Below are positions 50,968 through 64,000 of a stretch of 64,000 nucleotides of DNA, piece after piece. A program made the translations under genes and the position numbers. Position 1 is the stretch's first letter, and every line of letters begins with the position of its first letter. The notes under the pieces were generated by a model. It had not been told where the DNA came from. It did no database searches and saw nothing but the letters and a program-made list of their open reading frames with translations. The stretch comes from Botryllus schlosseri (taxonomy: Eukaryota), in contig CM119372.1 in assembly GCA_051294905.1 (NCBI GenBank), positions 27,344,001 to 27,408,000 on the forward strand, written 5' to 3'.

Positions 50968-51549
50968 GTTACGACCAGGTGATAATAGGCAACCAAAGCG
51001 GAGGCACCCGGCGTACGATTGGATCAATAGACTGGACAGTGGACAACTTCTATACCTCTCATTTTCGCTCTAAAACTGCGTAAACTACGTACGGAGCAAA
51101 GATTCGATACGATTCATGTTCGCGCTTGACTTGACCTGACTAATTCCAATGACTAGAACTCGAGAGATTGCGTAAGCCTAACTGGAAAGGTCAACGAGTT
51201 CTGACACATACGCAATTGTTATCTCATAGATTGGGCCTGTCATATTGAATCAAGAACATCAATTTGAATGGTCTTTGAAGAACTAAGGACAGCAGCCTCG
51301 GAACTTCGGTCTCGGAACAACATAGGACATTTTGGCCTTGAAACTGGAGACTGTGACACAACACATACGGCTTACTGTCTATAAGTCTGCTGCGAAATCG
51401 CCGTTGGAAAATATATTAATCAATAAATACATGAATAAAAGCCGTAAACTTAGTATACTGTTACAAGAAATCATCGAGAAGTAGCATACGCAATCTCATA
51501 ACCCATTCCGGTATGGTACACTGCCAAAATCAATACAAACAGACGAACA

Positions 51550-52850
51550 CCGAACTTTGACTAAAATAGATCGAGGAATAGGCTGATCGAATGATCAGCT
51601 GTTAGCCGACATCGAAAATGAAATAGCTATCGCATTTGACAGAAGATTGTAAGCAAATGGTTTGAAGGCCACAATTTCACAGTGAAATGGACATTGGCGA
51701 ACATAAAATTATGTGAATATTTGAATGCAAACCGAGAATCTTGGTTAGCTGTTTCATGCGATCATCGAGATATACCATTGGAAATATCATCACCGATCTC
51801 GTTATGGGAACGCAGACTATAGATTAGCACAGACCGACACCGGCTTTTGCGTGAGATCCGCAATGACGTAGGTAGGCTAAGTATCAGATCAGCGCGCATC
51901 TCTACCATACTCGACCTCGAAAACGAAATAACTGCCTCAATCATTGAGTGTCAACTTTAAGACTTGGCACCGCGTTCGATACTAAAATCAAGACATACCG
52001 TGCAAAAGCTCATGACAGATCTAGGTATGGAACATCGTTAAAATCAATAGAGACCAATAACGGCTTTTGCGTAAATTTGTTAGCGATAAATGAAGAGTCA
52101 GCTCGTACTCGACTTTGGAAACGAAATTACCACCCACATAGTTCAGTGACAAACTTAAAACTTGTTACAGCGGTCGATACTAACACTTACCGTGCCAAAT
52201 GTCATGACCGATCTCGGTATAGAACATCGTCAAAATCAATGGAGACCAATACTGGCTTTTGAGTAAAATCTGTTTGCTGTGCTATGTACAATTGTACATG
52301 ATAGATCAGCACACACTGAACTTCGGAAACGGAATTACTACCCTTATCTTTAAGTAGCAAGCCTGAAACTTGGAGCAGTGTTAAATACTACCTTCACGAC
52401 ATATCATACCAAGTTTCAAGAATTATCATGGTGCGAAACACAGTCAAAATCGACCTATACCAGCAAAGGTCGACTCAACGCATAATACGGTAACCGAGTT
52501 CAGATATAGATACGATTGTTACATCACACCTTAGGGGCGACAGGCATATTTGCCCCGGTTGCTCGGCCATTTTCCGAATAGGAGAGAGTAAATCACCGTT
52601 TCTTTATAGTGCGCGGCTTTGAGAGAATAGATAGTGAAAGCTTGTTATGAGCGCTACCGGGGCAAGCCCCGGCTAGGCATTCTCAAAGCGAAAACACAGA
52701 AGAGAATTCGATTTTCGCAGAGACTTCGCTATGTATGGGCATTTGCAAGCGAAAGCACAAGAAGAACGCGGGTTTCGCTGTGATCTCGGTATGTATTGAT
52801 TGCTGTGCGTCTATAAATGGTTAAATTGTTATTGAACAGAATTTTAGGTG
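51550..52850 (-). mobile_element. Dispersed repeat with ~199-bp tandem units, copy 2 (inverted relative to 32730..34900)
   Basis: Extensive reverse-complement similarity, e.g. CATACCAAGTTTCAAGAATTATCATG. Boundaries are approximate. Confidence 0.7.
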
Positions 52851-55800
52851 AAGCCAGTCAATACTCTTGAATTTGCACCACCTCGTATTTATTGAAGTTC
52901 TAGTGCTGGCCTGTACAAGCAATCTAGTATAGAAAGTATCCCAGGAACTTGATGGTTCGGTGTCCCTTATCTATTGTCTATACTTGTTCCCACTTTGGCC
53001 ATGACATCTAGATATCAGTAAGTACCATAACTTATTTGCACCTCTGAAGCTCTACGTCTGGCATGACTTGACATGACATAATGGAAGTATTGTCAAATAG
53101 TTCAGTGTTGCTTAGCCCGTTAATTTACAAGTTTGTTCTTCAATCTTGGCCTCTATGCTATACATTCAGGTATATGTGCAAGATTTGTAAATTTCGTTTA
53201 ATGTCTACAAGTGCATTTTTTTGATAACATGTTTTCTTGAAAGCATGCACATCACTTGTTTCGTTTATAGTAAAATGTTCATATATTGCTGGTTTCGAAC
53301 AGGATGAGTCGTCGAGTACGCCAGATTATTTATTAATCCATATCAAGCCGTAGCACAGCTCAGATAGCGCTTGAATCATGAAGCACTATATATATAGCAC
53401 ATAAATCTTAAATCACAATATACACAGCATCAAGCACATTTTATTGTGATATCTTTTTGAACATGAAACGTGATATCTTTTATGCTTTTAAAGACACTAA
53501 AATATTTACAGATAGTAGGTGATAATTTGCAAAACAGCTTCATTTTGCAACAGTAACTAACTAACCAACCAACCAACCAACCAAGCAACTAATTATCATT
53601 TGCCACATCTCGATGGTAGCAACAAGTAGAATTTAAGAAAAAATATTGATTCACAATTTAATTGCATCAATGTATAATGCCTTTTGAGAATATTGCTTGA
53701 TTTATCACGCTATTCTGATCGTGAATGATAAAACGGTAATTCCGTCATTGCTACATGCTTGGCCTATGCATGTATCTCCGCACAATGGCAAAATTCAAAG
53801 TGACCGGCTCATTTTAGATAGGTTAGGGTTCCCGTTCGTGTTCACGGACAACCTTTCGAAAAAGTCCGTCCTCAAACAAACCAGAGCCTTTCAAGGGTTC
53901 CCATCATCGCTTCAAATTGTGACTTGAATTCTGCATGTATTACTTGCCTGGTTAATGAGTTGATACCGGAGATGAAACTACAGAGCATGTTGGGGTTTGC
54001 GCCCCCCTAACAATCTTCTTCCAATCGCCCGATAAGGATGCAGTCTGTTGAAAAAATATTGGTTATTCCAGTGGGAGCAGCTGACACTACTACTATCCGG
54101 TATAAAACGGGTAATAATCATTTTGTCCTCCCATCAAAGGAAGCACTCGAAAATATATTTAGTAGGAATACATAATAACTTGATTTTATATTTTTTCAGA
54201 TCGTGATCAAGCGGTTATATGGCGTATACTCATCGACGAATATACAAGCCACAAGGCATTGGGGGACGTTATAGGCGAGGTCATGGGATAGGTGCAACGA
54301 ATTACCAACGAAATAAGAATTGATTGGTGTTGTACTTCAAATTGCAGCACTGATTTATCGTTCCTCGAGAAATTTATACACCGATGATACTTTCTTGTCT
54401 GCTTGTTTTTTTTTGTTGTTGTTGCGTTAAGTTGTTGACTCGTTGAAATGCAGGACACAGCAGGCCTGAAATGAAATTTTGATATGGATCATAGAAATGG
54501 AAGGATATGGGGTCAATAGAAAATTTCCGTACTTGACAACTTTTGCCGCTACTACCATGAATATGCTACTGAAAATTAGGATTTTGTGGATCTTCGTTAT
54601 GTTCTGTTTCACGCTCACATACACTCAATTTATGTTTTTGGATTTAGTAGATTTATCTTTATTTCACGTAGGATGGCTGAACATTTTTTTGTAGAGTTGT
54701 GGTTTTTATAGGCTCCAGAAACCCCAAGGACAAATTGAATTTTCAAGTGGGCGGAACCGCTCAGGGGCCGATATAGGGGGCACTGGGCTAAAAATGCGGT
54801 AATGTGGGCGCTGAAGATAAAATGGAGTCGTCGAAGACGGTGTAGTAGGGACATTTGATTGTTACATAGCCGTACAATAGTTTTACATGTCCCTCAGTTC
54901 TCATTGCAACTTAACATTCGAAATAATTTGACCAATCTCGACATTTTTCGTCACGCTCCGTGCGAAATACATACCAGTGATGTTTGCACCATTTTTCCAT
55001 GAGTGCAGTGGTTGATTATAATCAATGTAAAACCAATTGCGCGTACTTTTAGATAGCCAGTTCCCCGTAAAAACACTCCAGTCACGCTAGCTAATGGTAT
55101 TTTTCACAAAATTTTTCGAACTATAGGCATTGTATTCAGCAGCGCACAGCATGTCGAAATTAAAGAAATAGACACTGTGCCACTTTTATAAGTGAGAGTC
55201 CGTTGTACACTAAATATGGTTTGAAGAAAACCGTCAGAATATTTCTCCATCGCATCATAAAGGATGATACTATTTAGTGTTGTGGCCCGAAACCTCACAT
55301 GAACGTTATGTAACATGGGTTGCTTTGCTTGGAATACATTCATGAAAAAGTTAATAACTGGGTGCACTACTAAATTAAGATAGTAGAAGATCTTACCCTA
55401 CGGTTATTATGTTAACCTTGATTTTATCCCTAATATAGCACTTACAATTGTTATGTCATTAATTAGTCGCTTGGTCCTCGGGCACGATTCCAAAATTCCA
55501 ACTCGAAACGACCAATCAGATATCGATCTCTTACCCATTGTTTATTTACAACATTCCTAAAAATGGGGGGTCAGGCTTATGTGGAATTTTTGAAAATTGG
55601 CGCTAGAGGAAAAATGGGTAAGAGCAACTGTGAATATTTTTCTTGTAGTATTTAAAATCTTATTTGCAAAATTCTGTCAACATGCACATTTATTCATGTT
55701 GTATACTGATATAATGGCTTTCTGTAAAAGCGGGATCAAAGCATCGCTCTTTGTTGTACACAACTTCAAAATTCCATTGATGAGAATGTGATTCGAAGCT

Positions 55801-56044
55801 AATGCATCACTTTTTTTTCCTTGCGAATTTTGACAATGCTCAAATAAATTTTATCAAAATATCTATCACCTTGCCGAGTAGGGTGGAGATCAGACTTGCA
55901 CAAACTACCGATCAAGTTACTTGACGGCCAACTATCTACCCGGATTTTAAGTAGGTTTAAGTCTTGTTCTAGTTGAGGACTTTTGAAGATTTAGGTATGT
56001 TTCTTTAGGCAACCTTACGTTTGAATTTTATTACTGGTTTAATA

Positions 56045-56334
56045 TAGGGTTACCATACGCCCTCTTTCAAGAGGATTTGTCCTCTTTTTTGACCTTTTTG
56101 AAAGTGTCCTCGGAGGACGCCAAAATGTCCTCTTTTTTGAGATTTTGTCTTCTTCTTTGAAAATTCTGGTTAAATATTGGGCAAATCGACTAAGATACAG
56201 TAAATCAGCACAGAAGTAACGCTCCATCGAGGTGGAAAAAATTTACCATTTTTCAGGATTTGCCTCCTGTATTGCAAGTCTGAAAATTTTGAAGAAGTGT
56301 CCTTTTTTCAATTTTCCAAAATATGGTAACCCTA
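56045..56334. mobile_element. hAT-like MITE (TAGGGTTACCATA TIR, GTCCT repeats)
   Basis: Perfect TIRs. TSD GTTTAATA/GTTTATTA (7/8). Related fragments at about 18411-18750 and 4707-5095. Confidence 0.88.
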
Positions 56335-56684
56335 GTTTATTATAATCGTAAAAGATACACATGAAATTACCAAGAACGACCATATGGATTTTCGACGCAT
56401 AGCAATTTTTGTAATGCGATAATCGACAATTTGGTCTATTAGAGTTAGACAAAGGTTATCTCTCTCTTAAACGTACAGAGGGCTCTCGTAACAACATGAT
56501 GTTTAGTCAACGTCAGTCCTCGTCCAACTCCGTTTGCAACAGCCTGCGTAATTGCGGGCAGTCCGTCTTCTCATTTCAGAGTCATATCAAGTGCCACTAA
56601 ATACTGAGATATAGATATTATGTCTGACGCACGGTGTATAACGATTAAAATGTGTAGCTACACGAACTTGCCCTTGCTCTATTC

Positions 56685-57436
56685 CAGGGGTAGGCAAATT
56701 ATATATAATTGGGATACTAAGCCCAGGTTCAATATTGGTATTTGATTGCGTAGTGACCGACGACATGTATATGATGGAAATGTATTTGTATATTTAGAAC
56801 AAACCAAACATTGATTTGATGGTAACGTATATATAAACACGTCAGAAACATTAACGAAAATTTATAAGCTGGTCGTCCTCATGTTCAAAGTTAGCGATGA
56901 AAGTCTGTTGTCCCTATTTTTAGAACTGGATGTAAATTTGAGTGTGTAAGCAGCGATCTGATAATAGATTTGTTGATTGTACTTGTGGTCTAACTCCAGG
57001 ACACACAATGCCGCGAGCTTCATAGCCATGTTACCTTCAAATACGCTTCTACAATATATAGATATATTAAATATAAATACTTCTACACATGCAAAGAACG
57101 AATCTATCTAACACACTCGCGAAGCACTTTTTCCAAGTACATCACTGAAAGTAATATTCTGGCTCGTGTTACCAATCTAAAATCACACTGGTGGTCCGAA
57201 TTAAGTCAGTTATGTTGCACTTTCTGCCATGTTCAAAATGCACGGACCTCGAGGTCGGGCTATCGCGCCATCAGTGAAAGAAAAAAGTACTATAAGAAGA
57301 ATATAACTCATTATTGTCATGCTTAAATATATTAAGAAAAAGTTTAATCAAGTGCATATACAGTAATTTGATTTTTAGTAGGCCTTTTATCCAATTTTTT
57401 ACAACGCTTCTTGTGGCCGTAGTTTGCTCACCCCTG
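56685..57436. mobile_element. hAT (Charlie-like) non-autonomous element
   Basis: CAGGGGTAGGCAAA / TTTGCTCACCCCTG. TSD CTCTATTC/CTCTAGTC (7/8). Confidence 0.82.
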
Positions 57437-57468
57437 CTCTAGTCTGTGTAATATATCTTGGGTGTGCC

Positions 57469-58794
57469 CAGGGCCGTAACTGCCGCACCCCATACCCCCA
57501 ATTGGGGGGGGGCGAGCTCGAAGGGGGCTCAAAATTATTTCGTGAATTAGCATAAATTATGAACTGTTTTCTGAAAATTGTTGCGACTTTTTCACAATTT
57601 TTTCATGCTTTACGCGATTTCAAGTTGCCAAATATCTTGATTATTGGGTACTCTTCCCCCAAGAAAAAATACGCAGGATTTATAGAAATGGGCATATCGG
57701 GGCTGAAAATTATCGCGCCACAACGCACAGAGACATATAAAGTTTAAAGCCATGTAACATGCGACTCCAAGAAGTGAGCCAGAACGATCAGCAGCGAGTT
57801 AATCTTGACCGAAAAGGAGTGCCTTTATACTGACCGAAAACTTCGATATATATACAAAATACATATAGGTTTAATTGTCCATCGGCACCTAAATGACTGG
57901 CGCGGAATGTTCCTGTCTTGGCAATCTGAACCTCACAAGACAAATACCATCCCACAGGGAAAAATTATACGCCAGTGAAGAAATACCAATTTGAAATCCT
58001 GTGATCTTTTAGTTTAGTACGTTTGGGCGATTCTATATTTTTTGATATAGCAGACAAGAGTTCACGAAATAACATTATGTAACGAAGTCATACCAACGGG
58101 TCCGCCCGCCCAAAGATGTTTAAATATTATTTAGGCTATACAGTTTCAAAGACACCCCACTCAGCTCTAACGGTAAATCTGATTACGTGAGCAGAGAGGA
58201 CAAGAAAGTGATAGCAATATATATGCAATTCCCGATCTTATTGACCGATTTTATCATGAATTATCGAAAATGTTCGCGCTGGATCACTAAACAGTACAAC
58301 TATAATTTCGTTGCAAAAGCGAACAACGTGATGGCGGGTCGGTTTATCTCCCTATAGGAGCCCAAGACTCCATTTTTGGGGGCCTGACGAGGTGTTGTTT
58401 CGTTCCTGCCAACGGGTATACACCCGGAGATGTTTAATTATTATTGAGCGGTCCTACCTTTTCAAACACACCTCACTCAGCTGTACAGGTATATCAGATT
58501 ACGCGAGCAGAGAGAGGATAAAAATTGATAGCAATGTATATGCATTTCCCGATCATATTGACCGATTCAGTCATGAAATATGGAAATCTTTCGCGCTTCG
58601 CGCGTTTAAGCGAGAAAGGCTGACTAACTAAACGGCCCCGAATGTAGATGGTAGTAAGTATCGGTAAACAGCGTATAGCCTGAGTGGGGTCTGGGGGGCG
58701 AATCCCCCTAGAAGTTGGGTTTATCACCCTATGTGGGGCCCAAGATCAACGTTTTTTCTTGGGGGGGGGCTGACGAAGTGCTGTTACGACCCTG
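57469..58794 (+). mobile_element. Family-B non-autonomous TIR element, intact reference copy
   Basis: TIR CAGGGCCGTAAC / GTTACGACCCTG. Perfect 8-bp TSD GGTGTGCC. Internal ~316-bp direct duplication. Confidence 0.92.
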
Positions 58795-61131
58795 GGTGTG
58801 CCTTATGTTTATCATACGCGTTCAACAAACAGCTTTTTGGAAATCATTAATTTTCTACGATTCGACGCAAAGAGGGAAAGAAGACGTCAACTACTGGAAG
58901 TTAAATTTTCATCTTACCCCTTGTTTGTGGAACTGCTTCATTGAGAAATGTCAAAAGTTTTGTGTTCCGAAATTGCACAAAAAATTGCACGGAAATCTTT
59001 AGGGAGAATCTACTAAAGCCAGGAAGAAGTTTTCACAACTGAACATAAATATAATAAATGGTTGTATCAGGTGTAGAGCTAAGTCTCAATATAGGATCAT
59101 GATTTCGATCCAGCTCATTTCCTGACCGAACCCGTAGTGCTGGCGGATGCAAGTCATTTTATTAACCGCAAACAGAAGAACTTGATGTATTGAATAAAAG
59201 TCTCGAAATTCAAGACAATTTTCGATTATTCTTTGTGCAGAATTTTTCTTTTTCACTGCCACAGCGACACAGCGAAGTTGAAATTCAAAGATTTTCTATC
59301 ATAGTTGCTGAGATTATATATCGAAACTTTTTCAGTCAACTAAAAGGTTCAAATGATGATGTTCGTTAGGGTCATTTGTAATGTTCGAACGCCAAGTTCT
59401 GATTTATTGAGGTTCACATGCAAACACGAACGTTCTCTGAACGTTCGCACCATCCCAAGCATGGGATAATGAATGTTTAGTTTATACATTGTCAGTGAGC
59501 GTAAATACAGGTCGTCGCAAAGAACCATAGTAGAGCGTGACGTGCTTACAAAGAATATCTAGCCGTGATTTTATTTTCTCAACACGAGCAAAGCTTATGC
59601 ATGGCAGACTAACTTTCTTCCACGTGGCATATGCCACATTTATTGTAGCGATTCTAGCATCGTAACCGATATCTATCCAAATACACTGTGCGTAAATTCT
59701 ACAGTCCGTATATCTTATCAAGTTGAGCAATATAGCTGTGAGGACGCCGTAGCAACAGGTGGCTCCTAGTATGGTTGACTAAGCAGACTGCACATATCTC
59801 AGAAAAACCGGCTCCGGATGATATCGAATTTATAGCAAGTAGGTCGATGTGCTTTTTTCGCAAATATTCTTGCAGATCTCCAGTAGAAATATATAATAAT
59901 TTATTCCCAATATTTATTTTCGAGCTTTTCATGATAACTGCTGTGGAAATATTCTTTAGATAGAGGCATTATTATTACATTTACTTCGATAACAAAATTT
60001 AGCCTTTGGACAGGATTATCCATTTACGGCAGTGGTGAGGTGTATTGTATCTGTTTTCCAAGCGTTTTCGGCAGACCGTAACATGACGTTTTGGAAATTG
60101 TCAGGCGATTGCACATTATGAGCACAGCTGAAATTGCACACCTTGCGCGAAATTGGCTCGCCATTTGGCAGCGACATACTATCATTTCATAGTTCACATA
60201 ACGTTTCATTATCACTCATGGAACGACATCAATGTACGCATAATCGTGATTGAATATCATGGGTATACGTGAGTTGCATTTACCCAATCTGAAACATGAA
60301 GACGAAATGTGAGGTGCACATGGGCATATATTTTATCAACAGCATTGGCTTGATCGGTAGTCTCATGCAGTCCACAATATTCATACATATAAGCAGGCCT
60401 AGTATCGTTTGTAAGAAATTGCGCAAAAGCTAAGGCTTGGTCTGAATCAGCGATAGTATATATTAGGGATGGTGTGAACCTCTGAAAGGTTCAGGTTCGT
60501 GTGAACGCGAACCTTTTTGAAAGGTTCTGTGTGAACACGAACGTGAACCTCATGACGTCACGTGACGTCATATTGCTAATTCCAACCCTCTCTTTCAATG
60601 AAGTGATAGCCTACTAATGTACACGATACCTAGTGACGACTCGGGCCACATAATGCCACAATGCCGAAGTACATATTGGTGTTTTAAACGTCGCTGAGGG
60701 CGGAGATAATTAAGTTAGCTGATCCGGGAGAATGCTAATCTGTGATTAAATACTGCTAATCGCGACGCATGAAGGTGAAGAGAGTTACGTGCGATGGTTA
60801 GTCGCGGTGTCCCGAGTTTTTAATCAAGTGGCGTTATCTGTTGCATCATAATGCGAAAATGCGTTATATATTGGCTGCTAGTTGGTGAATAAAACTAGAG
60901 ATCCCACAATCTCCATAATGAAACAGCAGCCTGCTGACGACGATACAGCCACTGTAATAGGTAGAATTATCACCATCGCGAAATGAAAGTCGTGTCCAAT
61001 TCGTACGGTACAGCTAAGAAACGGATATCGCTTTGCAATGGCGGGTAGTCCTACATAATTCGGTGATTGTTGTTTAGTGAAGCCATAACCTAAGAGACAA
61101 TCGGCACGGTCATTATTTGGAATAATTAGAC

Positions 61132-62640
61132 CAGAGGTCTCAAACTCAAATGTGCTCGCGGGCCAATTTCCTATTTTTGATGGCGTCGCGGGCCGCAACA
61201 CCAATAATAGGGGAATTCAATGTATTTCAAAGTAGGCCTTATTTCCGGGTTTCGAGCATAGCTCTACTCCTGATAACTAGGCTATATTGACATGTCATTA
61301 CGAAAGTCAAATAGAATCAGCGTTTGATTTTACCTTCGAATGTTGGAACAGATCAATAACAACTTGAACATAATGGATCAGTGCAATAACAATAGAAATG
61401 TGCAATCTCCGAAGAATCCGTTGGTGTTACAGCTGTGAAGCGTAGGCTACGACAAGTTAATACTCGCCACATTAAATTGGCGATAATAACCTATATAAAG
61501 ATACCCAAGATGACACGGGATGTAACCAACTATACATCAAAGGGGCGACATAATGCCAATGTCGGTTGCCATACCTACATGCTTTGATATCTAAATAAGC
61601 TACGCAACTCAAGCTACGACCTTTTGATATTTTACTATTCTCCTATCAGTTTGATAGTTTGTTCAGAGTGTCCTATATGGTGTGGACACAAGCAAATCTC
61701 ACGGCTCAGTGAAATTGGTCTTTGTCACACTTTCCATTTGGTCAGGCAATTTGACATTAGTTTTTGATCAATGGAAAGCTACCGCGGTACTGATTGCGAA
61801 AATATAAATTTTATTCTGTTCGTGGCCCTGGAACTCGCCAAAATAAGCCTCAAATGTTGCATTGTAAGTGAGTTTGGTATTGTGACGCAGCCATGCCGTC
61901 TGAGCAGATCAGAAGCAAATGCGCACGAGAGTGAGAGTGCTCAATCGCTTGCGTAACAATGGCCAATACGCTTGCATCATGCGGTGCTCCTCGCCTGCTC
62001 CCAGACGTCATTGCTGCATCACAATACCAATGTCACATACAATGCAACACTCGAGGCTTATTCTGGGGAGTTCCGGGACCACGAACAGAATAAATTTATA
62101 TTTTCGCAATCAGTACCGGGTAGCTTTCGATTGATACTCGTTTTATGAAATTTAGGCTAATACACGACAAGCCGGACAAAAATTACCGTCAAATAGCCTT
62201 CGACCAAATGGAAAGTATGACGTACACCAATTTCACTGAGCCGTGAGATTTGCGTGGTTGTACCAAACCACGGCATTCCGAGTCACAAAAGTCCTTCTCT
62301 GATTATAACGTTTGACGTGACGAGTACGAGTAATTCTACAGAGGGTCGCGTCCAAGACCAAATCACAATTTTCAGTCACGAATCATCAACGGGTCATGTT
62401 TTACTATATTAAACAAGTAATGTCACGTAATAGTTGATCTTCCACTTTGAAACTGATGTATTAGTGAAGTTTGATGAGTAGTTTCAGGCTTCTGGAGTAG
62501 TTTTAGAGCGAATTTTAAGTCCTCAAAAACTGGTAGTAAAATATTGTCGAATACTTCGAAATCCAAAATGCCGTCGCGGGCCGCACAAAATGGTCTAGCG
62601 GGCCGCATGCGGCCCGCGGGCCGCGTGTTTGAGACCTCTG
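61132..62640. mobile_element. hAT (Charlie-like) element nested in the Harbinger element
   Basis: Perfect TIR CAGAGGTCTCAAAC. Perfect TSD AATTAGAC. GCGGGCC subterminal repeats. Confidence 0.92.
61678..62270. mobile_element. Foldback-type element with ~90-100-bp imperfect inverted arms
   Basis: GCAAATCTCACGGCTCAGTGAAATTGGT (61692-61719) is perfectly inverted at 62226-62253, and similarity extends on both sides. The TSD is not resolved. Confidence 0.7.
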
Positions 62641-63915
62641 AATTAGACGTAGGAATGGTATGCAGTTTCTATACATAACTAGAAATCTATAGTTGTTCCA
62701 GTTTGTTAAATCATGACATTAACACTAACTTTATGCGCCGCGATCAACCGGTTTCCTTAATCCTGGGTTAATGAATCCTGACGAACGCGCTAATCGACTT
62801 TATTGCTAATCCAACTTTATTATCTTCGCCCTAAATGTATCAACTGAGGCAATTAAAGGATATAATACTCCCATAAAATCAATATTTTCCGTCGCTTTGC
62901 CAACAATTTCGACGAGGACTTACCAGGGAACATAAACTTACGCCTTTTAACGGTCGAGACCAGACCGGACAATGTATTCGGCGTCTGAGTATCGCTACAT
63001 TGATATTGAGCTGAGTGTAAAATAGGTTTTTATACTTGCTGCAAATATTACCCCATTAAGAAGTTATACACTATTCAGCAGTGGCCAACACTTCAATCGA
63101 ACGGATTTGGTTTTAATGATGCAGTAAAGATACGAAGTCAAGATTGACCCCGTACGCCTGCTAGATTTTTTCATCAGAAAATGATATCAATTTCATTGAT
63201 TGGTTGAATAAGCATCATTCGCTGACTACGTATTTTGCTCGTGATGTTTTTGATTGCGGGTCAAACTCACAACAGAGTCACAAACGGAAACCTGGATATT
63301 TCCAGCAAACGTTTGTAACAAAGCAAGTAAAACATTTGAGATTGTCAAGGTGCATGCTCGTTTAATGTTGATTTTTAGTGCTGCCAGCGCCATGCATGGA
63401 GTGGCCCGCAGTTGAAATGCAATAAATATGAACTAAAGATGTTGTAATGAAGTGAAAATTGTAATATATGAAAAAGGTTCACACTGTAGAACCTACCAAG
63501 GTTCTGTTGTGAACGCGAACCTCTTAATTTCCGAGGTTCACACACAGAACGCGAACGTGAACCTCGCGTTCACATCATCCCTAGTATATATGTAATCTCA
63601 ACATGTCAGAAATATATCTCGTGTTTGCTGGGCTGAAACGGTTGTGATTCATCCGATGCAAGACCAATTAACATCCAGAGTTTTCATTCTAGCATACAAA
63701 TTCAATGGATCTATTCCTAAAGCACAACGGATAAAAAGTATTACTTGTGTTGTTGCGTTATCATCTTCAAAATATCACACACAATACAAATGCTGTATTC
63801 TGTGAAACACGCTATTGATTTGAGTCACACCATAGATTCAAAGAAAATTTTACTCACTCGTTGCGTAACGGATATTGATATCCGTATGCATTGTTTTTCT
63901 AGATACAAATTATGT

Positions 63916-63975
63916 TAGTGTAGCAGAAAACAATTCAGTACAGCAGAAAACAATTTAGTGCAGCAGAAAACAATT
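63916..63975. repeat. 20-bp minisatellite, 3 copies
   Basis: TAGTGTAGCAGAAAACAATT / CAGTACAGCAGAAAACAATT / TAGTGCAGCAGAAAACAATT. Confidence 0.9.
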
Positions 63976-64000
63976 TTCACTCGCTTGGATTTTGTAACCG

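Larger units (their letters stand above)
60698..62831. mobile_element. PIF/Harbinger (Tourist-like) non-autonomous element
   Basis: TIR GGGCGGAGATAATTAAGTT / AACTTTATTATCTTCGCCC. Inserted at the TAA of CGC-TAA-ATG (empty site seen in copy 2). 3-bp TSD TGA/TAA. Confidence 0.8.
60464..63583. mobile_element. Family A hAT-like element, copy 3, split by nested insertions
   Basis: Family A TIRs. Perfect TSD GTATATAT. Collinear with copy 2 outside 60698..62831. Confidence 0.93.

Noticed and set aside
51948..52262. ORF with an internal repeat (TYRAK.HDRSRY)
   Set aside because: It reflects the ~199-bp tandem unit of a dispersed repeat and shows no recognisable protein motif.
52860..53150. Second, degraded NLR paralogue on the minus strand (LDCLYRPALELQ)
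   Set aside because: It has multiple stops, an implausibly short intron and no Walker motifs. The resemblance is too weak.
63916..63975. CRISPR-like array
   Set aside because: The 20-bp units are contiguous with no unique spacers, no cas genes are present, and the context is eukaryotic.

Overview
This is AT-rich eukaryotic (invertebrate) genomic DNA with spliceosomal introns. A tunicate/ascidian origin is an inference from gene style and is not proven. Three host genes are supported, all on the + strand. (1) The last two exons of an LGR/GRL101-type class A GPCR (<1..48 joined to 2361..2686). (2) An intronless ~300-aa orphan 7TM protein (7678..8580) that keeps the TM3/ECL2 cysteine pair but lacks DRY, CWxP and NPxxY. 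(3) An 8-exon NACHT + degenerate-LRR NLR (41466..50364, ~809 aa when repaired). The NLR has no death-fold domain. Its short N-terminus carries an N/Q-rich, partly RHIM-like candidate amyloid motif (GGINNQNFTNCTFQL) on its own phase-1/1 exon. Its NACHT exon has two +1 frameshifts and a nonsense codon. Most other sequence is non-autonomous DNA transposons, mainly hAT-type with 8-bp TSDs plus one PIF/Harbinger-type, stacked in nests up to 4-5 levels deep, together with decayed Buster/Charlie and hAT-related transposase remnants. No rRNA, tRNA or CRISPR features were seen. Most short ORFs in the supplied track are spurious.
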